IMG/VR virus record: IMGVR_UViG_3300028553_000021 | Reading direction: 5' to 3' (one strand) | Source: an uncultured virus (IMG/VR IMGVR_UViG_3300028553_000021) | Lineage: Duplodnaviria; Heunggongvirae; Uroviricota; Caudoviricetes | DNA: 20,000 nt | Shown here: positions 8,526 through 17,737 of the stretch, one piece after another | How positions within the stretch are numbered: position 1 is the stretch's first letter | Layout of the letters: every line of letters starts with the position of its first letter | Made by a program: the position numbers and the translations under genes | Notes under the pieces: generated by a model | Told to the model about the DNA's origin: nothing | Database searches by the model: none | What the model saw: only the letters and a program-made list of their open reading frames with translations

Positions 8526-8541
8526 TGATACTATCAAGTGA
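8526..8541 (+). promoter_or_regulatory. Candidate extended -10 promoter (TGaTACTAT) giving a leaderless terL transcript
   Basis: TG at 8526-27, TACTAT at 8529-34, ATG at 8541 six nt later; no Shine-Dalgarno. Confidence 0.45.
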
Positions 8542-10238
8542 TGCTCCAGATAGAGAAGTATGGCCGGTTGTGGCCGGAGGGGGCGACCCAGCTTACTATT
8601 GAACTACTTGCTTTTCGGGAGGGCATTAACCCCGAGCAGGGGGGATTGGGCAAAGAGCAACACTTCTGGAACGTCGTGGAGATGCTTTGGCCGTATCACC
8701 CAAAGAAAAATCCTACTGGGTTCCAACGCAATCCGTGGGCGGATGATCAGATCGCCGAGCTCTGCAAGTGGAATTATCTCGGCATCTCTGGCCCCAAGTC
8801 CTCCGCAAAGACGGAGGTGGTTGGGTTGTGGGGATTAGTTAATTGGTACTGCGCTCCTTTTGACACGTTGGTCTTGGTGACCACTACGTCGGTTCGCGAG
8901 GCCCGTAAGCGTATGTGGGGTCGAGTCCGTGAGCGTCACATGCAGGCCAAAGTCATGCCAGGCAAGCTAGTCGACTCGATGGGCAAGCTAGTGTTAGAGG
9001 AGGGTAGTAGCGACCGCTCAAGCATTACTCTCGTCCCCTCGGCAAAAGACAAAGAGAAAGAAGCGTCGGAGAAGTTGCTCGGCCTGAAGAACAAGAGAGT
9101 GTTTCTCCTGATTGACGAGGCCACGGACGTATCGCCCGCTATTTTTGAAGCGACCGCCAATCTTTCCGCCAATCCGTTTTTTCAATGTGTCGCCTGCGGT
9201 AACTTTAATTCTGCCTATGACCCGTTTGGCCAGTTCGTTACCCCCACGGCAGGCTGGCAGTCTATCACCGTAGACGAGGGAGGGTGGGAGACTAAAGACG
9301 GTTTCTGTCTGCATTTAGACGGAGAGAAAACTCCCAACCTAGAGCATGACGACAAGTGGCCTTTCTTGCTGACGGGTAAAAAACTAGACGAGGACCGGAA
9401 GCGTCTTGGGGAGAACTCTCTGTCTTATTGGAGGTTTATTCGCTCCTTCCCTGCTCCGGCAGGCTCGGAGGAGAACATATACAGCGAGGCGGATTTGCGT
9501 AAGTTCGAGGCGCACAAGACCGCTATGTGGGTGGGAGCTAAACAGCCCATTCCCGTGGCCGGTTTTGATCCTGGCTTCACCAACGGAGGGGATAGGTCGG
9601 TCTTGTTTCTCGGGAAGTACGGAGAGACAGATGCGGGTATGACAGTATTTTTTGACAAGTACGTCGAGCTTCGAGAGAACTCGTCTATTCGAGATAACCC
9701 CCGTAACTTTCAGATTGCTCAAGCATTGAAGTCCGAGTGCGAGAAGTATGGGGTGTTACCTAGATATCTGGCGGTCGACGCCACCGGAGCCGGAGATCCC
9801 CTTTGCGATATTATTGCCACGATTTGGAGCCCCTCTATTTTGAGGGTTAAGTTTTCTGAAAGGCCCAGCGGTATGGCCGTCAGCCGGTCGTCCCATATAA
9901 AGGCGGAGGAGTCTTACGGGAACCGAGTTTCCGAGCTTTGGTATGTCGGTAGAGAGTTCTTGAGGGCTAACCAAGTTCGGGGGGTTACCGTTGATTTGGC
10001 TAGGGAGTTGGTTGGGAGGCAGTACAGGACTGCCGAGCGGGGTAAGATATACATAGAAGCCAAGAGGGATATGAAGGCTAGGTTCGGGAGATCCCCCGAC
10101 ATAGCTGACGCAGCCTTCCTTATGCTAGATGTATGCCGTCAAAGGGCTAACGCTATAGCTGGGACTACTGTGGCTGGGGGTGGCAAATACCGAGACTTCT
10201 TAGACTTTACCAAAAAAGTTGATGCCTTATATTCTTGA
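8538..10238 (+). CDS. terL: Terminase large subunit
   Basis: Walker A-like GPKSSAKT, Walker B LLIDEA, coupling GN, nuclease GFDPG..GGD, VDATG.G, and C-terminal SPD.ADA. Start is GTG 8538 or ATG 8541. Confidence 0.93.
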   Translation: MMLQIEKYGRLWPEGATQLTIELLAFREGINPEQGGLGKEQHFWNVVEMLWPYHPKKNPTGFQRNPWADDQIAELCKWNYLGISGPKSSAKTEVVGLWGLVNWYCAPFDTLVLVTTTSVREARKRMWGRVRERHMQAKVMPGKLVDSMGKLVLEEGSSDRSSITLVPSAKDKEKEASEKLLGLKNKRVFLLIDEATDVSPAIFEATANLSANPFFQCVACGNFNSAYDPFGQFVTPTAGWQSITVDEGGWETKDGFCLHLDGEKTPNLEHDDKWPFLLTGKKLDEDRKRLGENSLSYWRFIRSFPAPAGSEENIYSEADLRKFEAHKTAMWVGAKQPIPVAGFDPGFTNGGDRSVLFLGKYGETDAGMTVFFDKYVELRENSSIRDNPRNFQIAQALKSECEKYGVLPRYLAVDATGAGDPLCDIIATIWSPSILRVKFSERPSGMAVSRSSHIKAEESYGNRVSELWYVGREFLRANQVRGVTVDLARELVGRQYRTAERGKIYIEAKRDMKARFGRSPDIADAAFLMLDVCRQRANAIAGTTVAGGGKYRDFLDFTKKVDALYS

Positions 10239-10273
10239 CCCAAGCCAAGTAATTGAGTACGTAGGAGTTTAAC

Positions 10274-12565
10274 GTGGATCAGAACCTAGAGACAATCTCC
10301 CCAGAGGGTCGGCCACCCAAATCGAGGCTTAAAGATGCTAAATCTGCTTTTGCGATCTATACGAACCTTTTGGACGCAGATACTGATAGCGCTTCGCAAC
10401 GGGTGCGCGTCCAAGCAATGCTCGATGGTGAGCCACCGTACAATCCGACCACTCTGCGGAATCTCGGCCAGTCTTATCGTTCGAATCTAAATTTCTTAGA
10501 AGCTTCGGCGGATTTGGAATATGCCCTTTCGGCTTATTCTGATTTGGTTAACGGCGTCCCGATGTTGGCCCAAGTAAAGACCAAGTTTGGCGACGCAACC
10601 CAGCGGGGGAATTACAACCAGATTATTTCCGAAGAGTTCGACCGCGTTCTACGCAAAGACTGGGATGAGTTCTTTTACAACCAGCAACGACTAGCCCACG
10701 AGTTTGTTGCTTATGGCGTTGGCTTTGCTTTCTTCGACGACGATACCGATTGGCGCTGGAAGGTTGCTGGGCTCCGTGATTTTTATGTCCCGAGAGGCAT
10801 ACCCGCTACCGATAGTCGTATCGAATTTTGTTGCGCTCGCAGATCTTATTATGCCCACGAGTTGTACCAATATATTAAAGACCCGAAGGCGGCCAAGGCA
10901 GTTGGGTGGGATGTAGAGGAAGCCCGTAGGGCGATTATCAACGCAGTCCCTGCCGACGTGGCTGGCACGAAACTCGAATGGGAAGAGATTCAAGTAATGC
11001 TGAAAGACAACGATCTTTCTCTTTCTTTTGCTCGTTCTGCCGAGATTCAGACCATTCACTATTATATCTTGGAGTTCGATGGGCGGGTGACTCATGCGAT
11101 CGGTCTTCGTGACGGCTCCAATCAAAATTTCCTTTTCCGCAAAGACAACCGTTTCGCAAACATTAACGAAGCTTTGGTGATGTTCACCTACGGTATCGGC
11201 ACTAACGGTACCCTTCATTCTGTCCGAGGTCTCGCCTACAAGATTTACCCCCACATCCAAGTTAACAACCGTCTACGGAATGCCATTATCGATTCGACCT
11301 TGCTTTCGACTTCTGTGATGATCCAACCACAAACGATGGACGACTTGCAGAATCTGACCATTGCTTACAACGGACCGATGGCGATTCTCCCTCCGAATCT
11401 AAATATTGTTGAGCGGACTTCTCCAAATCTCGCAAATAACGCTTTACCGATCGCCCAAGAGCTTTCGACAATTCGCAGGAACAACACGGGGAGTTACGCC
11501 TCACAAGTTGTGAGCTCCGCCTCGCAAGAGCGTACCGCTACCGAAGTAAGTGCCCAGCTCGAGAAAGAAGCAGTACTTTCTACGCAAGCACAGAATTTCT
11601 ATTATGTTCCGTGGGGTAAGCTCCTTAAAGAACAATTTCGCCGGCTCGCTAAAGGTAATTGGAAGGACAGTCAGCCGGGAGGCGCTATCGCTATTGAGTT
11701 CCTTAAACGCCTCCGCGAACGCGGAGTTCCAATGCAAGCCCTTAAGGAGGTGTATGATGTAGCGCCCTTAAAAGCTGTCGGGTATGGGAGCGCTCAAGCT
11801 CGACTGCTGGCGTACAACGAATTTATGCAGATGTTGCCAATGCTCGACGAGACAGGTCGCGCGAATGTTATTCGCGATCGTATCGCTGTCCGTGTCGGAT
11901 ACGATCAGGTCGATCGTTATGCCTCTCCGAGTGCTGTGCCTCCGAGGTTACCGGTGGACGCGAAGATTGCTGAACTTGAGAATGACTCTATGCAGAGCGG
12001 GAGAAGCGTCACCGTCCAGCCCGGAGAGAACCACGCAGTCCATTTACAAATCCACGCTATGGATTCTGTTCGATTCCTACAAGCTCTCGACCAGAACGCA
12101 GTCCCGCCTGTTGAGGCATTCAAGTATCTCTCCCTTTCCGGACCCCATATGGCTTCTCATCTCCAACAGATTTCTTCCGATGTCAGTCGTCAGGCTGTTA
12201 TCGGCCAATACAAAGATATCATCAATAAAATTACTCAAGCCGTTCAAAGACTTGGGGAAAGTCTCGCTCGTGAACAACGGCAACAGCAGGAAGCTATGGC
12301 GAAGATGCAACAGAAACAATTGCAAGACGCTATGCAGATGCAGGTTGATGATGCTAAGGGTAAGTTGCAGGCTGAGTACGCTGTTAAGATTGCTAAGGTG
12401 CAGGCAGATGCCCAGATCGACAAAGCAGCCTCAGACGCCAAGATTGCGATCAAGAGTGAAGAGGCTCGCCAACGTATGGCGCTACGAGATGCTCAAACAG
12501 CTCAGCGTCTACGGGCCCAATCCGAAAAGAATCGTTTATCGGTCGAAAAGAAAAGACTTGCTTAA
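10274..12565 (+). CDS. Portal protein with long C-terminal coiled coil (P22-like barrel)
   Basis: 763 aa directly after terL; RTATEV motif typical of podovirus portals; Gln/Ala-rich helical tail; AGGAG before the GTG start. Confidence 0.85.
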   Translation: MDQNLETISPEGRPPKSRLKDAKSAFAIYTNLLDADTDSASQRVRVQAMLDGEPPYNPTTLRNLGQSYRSNLNFLEASADLEYALSAYSDLVNGVPMLAQVKTKFGDATQRGNYNQIISEEFDRVLRKDWDEFFYNQQRLAHEFVAYGVGFAFFDDDTDWRWKVAGLRDFYVPRGIPATDSRIEFCCARRSYYAHELYQYIKDPKAAKAVGWDVEEARRAIINAVPADVAGTKLEWEEIQVMLKDNDLSLSFARSAEIQTIHYYILEFDGRVTHAIGLRDGSNQNFLFRKDNRFANINEALVMFTYGIGTNGTLHSVRGLAYKIYPHIQVNNRLRNAIIDSTLLSTSVMIQPQTMDDLQNLTIAYNGPMAILPPNLNIVERTSPNLANNALPIAQELSTIRRNNTGSYASQVVSSASQERTATEVSAQLEKEAVLSTQAQNFYYVPWGKLLKEQFRRLAKGNWKDSQPGGAIAIEFLKRLRERGVPMQALKEVYDVAPLKAVGYGSAQARLLAYNEFMQMLPMLDETGRANVIRDRIAVRVGYDQVDRYASPSAVPPRLPVDAKIAELENDSMQSGRSVTVQPGENHAVHLQIHAMDSVRFLQALDQNAVPPVEAFKYLSLSGPHMASHLQQISSDVSRQAVIGQYKDIINKITQAVQRLGESLAREQRQQQEAMAKMQQKQLQDAMQMQVDDAKGKLQAEYAVKIAKVQADAQIDKAASDAKIAIKSEEARQRMALRDAQTAQRLRAQSEKNRLSVEKKRLA

Positions 12566-12592
12566 TTTTCGGATTCTGCGACAAACATAAGA

Positions 12593-12880
12593 ATGACTTT
12601 CCAAGAGTGGAGCAAGCGCGACGACTACGTAAAGCTTTGGGAAAAGACTTGGCAAGAGCCACACATGCGGGCTGGTCTTACTGCTCTGATTCATCTTGGT
12701 ATCCCTCAAGTTAGTATTTTGACTCCGGCGACAACTAACGGCGAGAGCATCAACATTAGAGCCCTCGCGCACTCTAGAACCGAGGGTTGGTTTGCCGCTA
12801 TAAAAGCAATCGAACTTCTCAAGACACCCACCAACGAGCAACAAGAGTTGCCAGGTCCTTGGGAGGATGCAACCAGATAA
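12593..12880 (+). CDS. Small hypothetical head-module protein (95 aa)
   Basis: Lies between portal and scaffold; EG...AI..I..L helix pattern. Confidence 0.75.
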   Translation: MTFQEWSKRDDYVKLWEKTWQEPHMRAGLTALIHLGIPQVSILTPATTNGESINIRALAHSRTEGWFAAIKAIELLKTPTNEQQELPGPWEDATR

Positions 12881-12897
12881 AATAAGAAAACAAATAT

Positions 12898-14175
12898 ATG
12901 GCAACAAATTCTGATATTGGATCTCTCGGAGAAGCGCTGAATTCCGCCCTCGGGAACACAGAAGCTCCTTTGGCTTCCGCTACTCCACTTTCCCAGAACC
13001 CTGTGATTGAGCCGTCCACTACTCCTGCTACGGCTCCAGTCACCGAAACTAACACCGCTGTTACAGCTCCAGCAGAAGCTGTCAAAGAGACCGAGACTAA
13101 ACCTGCTGAAGTAGATCTGGCTAAAACTCCCGAGATCAAAACCCCCTCTAAACTTATCGATTCATTGTTGACTCCCGAGGCTGAAAAGACAAAGACTGTT
13201 GCCAAGGCTGAAGGCGAACTTACTGAAGAAGAAAAACTTCCAGGAAAGGCGACTAACTCTGCTAACTCTGCTTTTGCTGCCAAAGCTAGGGCGTTGAAAG
13301 CTGCTGAACAGGAGTTGGCTACCCTAAAGCAAGAACTTGAAAAGTCTCGCAACGCTGGTAATGCAGAAGCTTCGTCAGAAGTTCAGAGCATCAAATCTGA
13401 ACTCGAAGAGGCTCGTAAGTTAGTTTCTGATTACGAGAGCCAACTTTCTTTGGTCAGGGTTGAATCCACTCGCGAATACAAACGTACTATCAGCGAGCCG
13501 TTGGCTAAAGCCGAGAAAGGCTTGGCTGATTCCATAGCTGGTTACGAAGGGCTTAACGTGAAAGATGTCCTCAAAGTATTGGACATTAAAGACCCAGCCC
13601 AACGCAGAGCAGAGTTTAAGGATGTGATGAATGGCGTAGACGCGATGGATGCGTGGGCTGTTAAGACAAAGTTGGATGAGATCGAGCAACTTCGTTCTCG
13701 TAAGGAGGATATGCTTAAGTCCGCCAACGATACACTAGCCCAAATCGAAAGGCAGGAAACGGCCGCTGAACAGGAAGCTAGGCTTACTTTTGACAAGCAA
13801 GCCGACGTTGCCTTCGAAAACACTTGGGGCCAGTTCGAAGACTCTTTTCCAATTCTCAAACGAGGACAGACGCCCGAGTGGGATAACACGATCAAAGCTC
13901 TTCGTGAGCAGGCGGTTTATCTGGACAAGCAACCGCTCGATCACCAGCAACGTGCCACCCTCACGTATCAAGCCGTTTTGTTCCCTCTTGCTGTTCAGGT
14001 TGTTCGTGATCTGACAGAGAAGAGCAATGCGACTATTGCTGACCTTAAGGCTCAGTTACAGAAGTTGCAGGTAGCAACTCCTGGAGCTGGAGCTGGGGTT
14101 AATAATACTCCGTCCGCCGGATTGCCTTCTAACGTCGGATTCCTAGAAGCTCTCGAAAAATCGATGGGTCGCTAA
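12898..14175 (+). CDS. Capsid scaffolding protein
   Basis: Pro/Thr/Ala/Glu-rich disordered N-terminus, long coiled coil, short C-terminal amphipathic helix (FLEALEKSM); position between portal and capsid. Confidence 0.75.
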   Translation: MATNSDIGSLGEALNSALGNTEAPLASATPLSQNPVIEPSTTPATAPVTETNTAVTAPAEAVKETETKPAEVDLAKTPEIKTPSKLIDSLLTPEAEKTKTVAKAEGELTEEEKLPGKATNSANSAFAAKARALKAAEQELATLKQELEKSRNAGNAEASSEVQSIKSELEEARKLVSDYESQLSLVRVESTREYKRTISEPLAKAEKGLADSIAGYEGLNVKDVLKVLDIKDPAQRRAEFKDVMNGVDAMDAWAVKTKLDEIEQLRSRKEDMLKSANDTLAQIERQETAAEQEARLTFDKQADVAFENTWGQFEDSFPILKRGQTPEWDNTIKALREQAVYLDKQPLDHQQRATLTYQAVLFPLAVQVVRDLTEKSNATIADLKAQLQKLQVATPGAGAGVNNTPSAGLPSNVGFLEALEKSMGR

Positions 14176-14933
14176 TGCTAGTCGTACTGCCAGTCGGTCC
14201 TCAGGATCGGGAGCAGGCGATTCGCTGGGTTGATTGGGTTGAAGAACTCGGGGGAATCGGTAGTCATCGATTGATGGTTGCCTGTGCTCGTAGAGTGCCG
14301 AACCCAACTGAGATCAGTCGGCATTACGAACTGTATGTCCCTCACGACGAGGACGAGCGTGGCTGGCCTATGAGCCCTAACCATTTGTTCAAGCGTGTAA
14401 CTCAGCATATTACTTGGGGCCCGAATCCAGAGGCTTACTTTTGGTGCGAGCCAGACTGCATTCCCCTTATTTCTGGTTGGCACGATCTTCTCGATTCCGA
14501 GTACCGTGCCTGCGGTCAGTATTTTATGGGGGCTCAAGTTAAAGTGGAAGGTACTCCTGAGCATATGAGTGGGAATGCTATCTACCCCAAGAACGTAATG
14601 GAACGTGCTTTCAACTTAGTTCACGCTGATCTTGCAGCGTTTGACGTTGTCGGTGCTGAGCAGATTATTGGGCAAGCCTATTGGACTAAATCGATTCAGC
14701 ATGTTTGGCGTAAGGACGAGGGTCGTAACTTTACCTTCCCGGATCAGGCCAGCGTCGATGCTATGGTCAGTAAGGAAGCCGTTATGTTCCATCAAAATAA
14801 AGACGGGACTCTAATCGAAAGGCTTCGTGAGCGTCGGTCTCCGAAGAAAGTAGAGGTGCCCAAAACTCCCGAAGTAAAACCGAAAAAGCGTCGGATGCGT
14901 AGGAAAACTGGAAGTGAAGATCCTACCAAATAA
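14175..14933 (+). CDS. Putative GT-A fold glycosyltransferase
   Basis: N-terminal beta-strand VVLPV, GWP..PN..F, YFWCEPDCIP (ExD variant of DxD), FMG, HMSGNAIYP, AFDV; basic C-terminal tail; TAATG overlap with the scaffold gene. Confidence 0.6.
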   Translation: MLVVLPVGPQDREQAIRWVDWVEELGGIGSHRLMVACARRVPNPTEISRHYELYVPHDEDERGWPMSPNHLFKRVTQHITWGPNPEAYFWCEPDCIPLISGWHDLLDSEYRACGQYFMGAQVKVEGTPEHMSGNAIYPKNVMERAFNLVHADLAAFDVVGAEQIIGQAYWTKSIQHVWRKDEGRNFTFPDQASVDAMVSKEAVMFHQNKDGTLIERLRERRSPKKVEVPKTPEVKPKKRRMRRKTGSEDPTK

Positions 14934-15567
14934 CATTGCTGTACTAGAAAACGATTCGCATATCTCCCGCTGGGTCGAAGAGACCGGGAAGTTAGATCAC
15001 GATGAGTATTCTCTCCCGATTATTCTAAAGCATATCAAGGATGGCGATTACGTTGTCGACGCCGGGGCTTTCATTGGTGACCACACCGTAGCCTATGTTA
15101 GGGCTGTCGGGTCTACCGGAAGAGTCTATGCCTTTGAGCCAAACATATCAGCGTACGAATGTTTAGTTTATAATTGTCCATCCGCCATAACTGTTAAGGC
15201 TGGGCTTAGTGATAAACCCAGTAGCCAGTTCTTCTCTGTAGCGGATAACGCTGGGTCGAGTCGTATAACTGATTCTGGTGACAGAGTTGTTTTTGTTGTG
15301 ACCTTGGATTCTTACGATTTACCTAGGCTAGATTTCTTTAAATTGGATGTAGAGGGATTTGAGGTATCAGCTTTGAAGGGGGCCAAGAAAACTATAAATA
15401 AGCACCGCCCAGTCATGTGGATCGAGGTTAACGAACATGCCTTACAACAACGTGGAGAATCCCCTATCTCATTAATCACTTATCTCAGGTCTGAACTCGG
15501 GTACGGATTGGAATCGTTCCCTCCTGAGGAAGGACCCCAATACGATCTTTTATGCAAGCCTCTGTAG
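14914..15567 (+). CDS. FkbM family SAM-dependent methyltransferase
   Basis: VVDAGAFIG.HT, VYAFEPN, TLDS, FFKLDVEGFE..ALKGA..TI...RP...IE. Confidence 0.92.
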   Translation: MKILPNNIAVLENDSHISRWVEETGKLDHDEYSLPIILKHIKDGDYVVDAGAFIGDHTVAYVRAVGSTGRVYAFEPNISAYECLVYNCPSAITVKAGLSDKPSSQFFSVADNAGSSRITDSGDRVVFVVTLDSYDLPRLDFFKLDVEGFEVSALKGAKKTINKHRPVMWIEVNEHALQQRGESPISLITYLRSELGYGLESFPPEEGPQYDLLCKPL

Positions 15568-16247
15568 ACCTATTCATACGTAGCTATAAGAAAGACTTCG
15601 AGTGGCTTTCTTATTGCCTGAAGTCCTGTGCCAAGTCAGCCAAAGGTTTTCGTCAGATTCATATTGTTGTACCGCATGGTGACCAGCACGAGTTGAACCA
15701 CCTGACTTTGGAGAAAGTACATATCTGCCCTAGGTACGCAGAGGATTACTTAGGCCAGCAGGTAACCAAGCTAAACGCTGATTTGTACTCTGACGCCGAT
15801 TTCATCTGTCACATTGATTCGGATACTGTTTGGTTGCACGACGTGTCCCCCAAGGATTTCATCCACAAAGGCAAAGCGATTGTATACTATGAGCCTTACG
15901 ACAAAATCGGGGAATGCCCTTGGCAACCAATCGTACAGGAAGCAATAGGTTGGAAACCAGAGTTTGAGTTCATGCGTAGGCCACCGCATACGTTCCCTAG
16001 GTGGCTGTACAAAGAGATGAGGAATTTCCTTCAGGCTACCCATAAAGTGCCTTTTGACACTTTCGTTGCTACTCGCCCAGAGCGTAGGTTTAGCGAATAT
16101 AATACCCTAGGAGCATATGCTTGGAAACACCACAGAGATAAGTTTGAATGGAGAGATCCTAAACAGGATAAAGACACAGTTAGACAGTTTTGGTCTTGGG
16201 GTGGGATCGATGCCCACCGAGAAGAACTTTCCAATCTTTTAGGCTAG
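15552..16247 (+). CDS. Putative GT-A glycosyltransferase (DUF6492-like)
   Basis: FIRSY.KD..WL.YCL.S, Y..QQ..KL.AD, HIDSD (DxD), FSEYN.LG.Y. Confidence 0.72.
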   Translation: MQASVDLFIRSYKKDFEWLSYCLKSCAKSAKGFRQIHIVVPHGDQHELNHLTLEKVHICPRYAEDYLGQQVTKLNADLYSDADFICHIDSDTVWLHDVSPKDFIHKGKAIVYYEPYDKIGECPWQPIVQEAIGWKPEFEFMRRPPHTFPRWLYKEMRNFLQATHKVPFDTFVATRPERRFSEYNTLGAYAWKHHRDKFEWRDPKQDKDTVRQFWSWGGIDAHREELSNLLG

Positions 16248-16251
16248 GGTC

Positions 16252-16279
16252 TTGACACCCCGCATCAACTAGTTACATC
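16252..16279 (+). promoter_or_regulatory. Candidate late promoter: perfect -35 TTGACA, weak -10
   Basis: TTGACA at 16252-57 directly after the GT stop; best -10 is TACATC at a 16-nt spacing. Confidence 0.35.
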
Positions 16280-16290
16280 GTATCTCAGTT

Positions 16291-16470
16291 CTTTGGCAGA
16301 GGTGTCGATGCGATAGGGCTAACTCGCCTGCGCCCTACAGGCTACGCTTAAATGACACCGACGCGGTATCCGACGGCTAACGGGTATCCAACTAACCTCT
16401 AGGGCTTGCCGGCTCTTAAAATAAGAAACGACAAAGAGACACGCTCATCGTGTGATGAGAAGTCTTCAGT
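16291..16470 (+). ncRNA. Putative structured RNA / 5' leader of the major capsid gene
   Basis: Multiple nested complementary segments (listed in findings) in a 250-nt non-coding gap of a tightly packed genome. Confidence 0.5.
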
Positions 16471-16497
16471 CATTACTTTAACAAAGGAGATACTAAT

Positions 16498-17721
16498 ATG
16501 CCTTGTACGAATATTGAGAATCTTCTGATTACTGAGTCCGGCCGTATCGGTGCGGATATCTATCGGAAGACTTTGAACACGTCCCCGTGGACGACTCTGG
16601 TTAAGCAAGAAGCTTGGCCGGATGAGATGGGCACAACTGTTAACGTTCTGATCTATGAGCGGACCCTGCCGGCTTCCGGCGCTGGGATTACGTTCTCTGA
16701 CGTAGCGTATAACGGTGTCGGCACCCAAGTCATCGGCGCTACCCCGACTGGTTCTAACACCGGACCCGGAACCTGCGCTGTTGCCGGTAACGACCTCGGC
16801 TTCGCCCAGACCCTCCGTACCTATAACCTCCAACAGGCTGCAATCAACTCCCCTGATATCTGCTTGAACGACCTTCGCTTCCCCGTGAAGCGGCAGGAAC
16901 AGCTCCGCAACATCATGGCAGTTCTGACTGAGAACACGCAGTATGCTTGGGAAAACCGTTACCGCGACGAATACGTTCGTCTCGCTAACTACAACGTAAA
17001 CGCTAACCAAGGTGAACTTTTGGCGGCTTCTGGCCAGACCAAGGGTTCCTTCAGCACCTCCGCTCTCCCGACGAGCCGATTGACTCAGGGCATCCTGCGT
17101 TACTTCTACTCTCGGTTGATCCGTGACGGCGCTGCTCAGAATGCATACGGCAAAGAAAACGGTGCTCCCGTGTTCTTGCTCGTCACCTCCCCCGAGGCTT
17201 CTGACGACCTGATCAAGCTCAACGCGGACATCCGTCAGGATCTCCGTTATGCGAAACCCAGCGAACTAATCCAGCCCCTCGGCGTAGAACGTAGCTATGC
17301 TGGTTTCTACCATTTGGTAGACACCATGACTCCTCGCTACGACTTCGTTGGTGGCGCTTGGGTTCGTCGCTATCCGTATGCCACAGATGCTAACGCATCG
17401 AAGGGCACTCGGTTCATCCCGAATCCCGCGTACTTCACGGCGGAATACGAAGATTCTATTATCTTCCATCCCGACGTGTTCACCTCGCTGGTCGCGAAGC
17501 CCATCAGCTCCACCGGAGCTATGGCATTCGACCCGCAGAGCTACCGCGGTGACTTCCGCTGGCGGAATATCCCCAGCCGGGATTGTAACCCTGACGGCAC
17601 GATCGGATTCTTCCGGGCTATCTTTAGCTCCGGTTCGAAACCCGTTCGTCCCGAGCTCGGTGTGGTTATCCGCCACAAGCGCTGCGCGGCCGACTTCGGC
17701 CTCGTTGGTTGCTACTCGTAA
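16498..17721 (+). CDS. Major capsid protein
   Basis: 407 aa; strong AAAGGAGA RBS; strongly biased codons; followed by a strong terminator; position downstream of the scaffold. Confidence 0.85.
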   Translation: MPCTNIENLLITESGRIGADIYRKTLNTSPWTTLVKQEAWPDEMGTTVNVLIYERTLPASGAGITFSDVAYNGVGTQVIGATPTGSNTGPGTCAVAGNDLGFAQTLRTYNLQQAAINSPDICLNDLRFPVKRQEQLRNIMAVLTENTQYAWENRYRDEYVRLANYNVNANQGELLAASGQTKGSFSTSALPTSRLTQGILRYFYSRLIRDGAAQNAYGKENGAPVFLLVTSPEASDDLIKLNADIRQDLRYAKPSELIQPLGVERSYAGFYHLVDTMTPRYDFVGGAWVRRYPYATDANASKGTRFIPNPAYFTAEYEDSIIFHPDVFTSLVAKPISSTGAMAFDPQSYRGDFRWRNIPSRDCNPDGTIGFFRAIFSSGSKPVRPELGVVIRHKRCAADFGLVGCYS

Positions 17722-17737
17722 TCTGAGTAACTGAATT

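Noticed and set aside
11784..12590. 268-aa alternative-frame ORF within the portal gene, and other long overlapping ORFs (10691-11260, 16399-17010, 17266-18087)
   Set aside because: No RBS or recognisable motifs; explained by codon bias of the real genes.
16291..16470. Hammerhead ribozyme or tRNA in the capsid leader
   Set aside because: No CUGANGA/GAAA core in the right arrangement and no cloverleaf with a T-loop.
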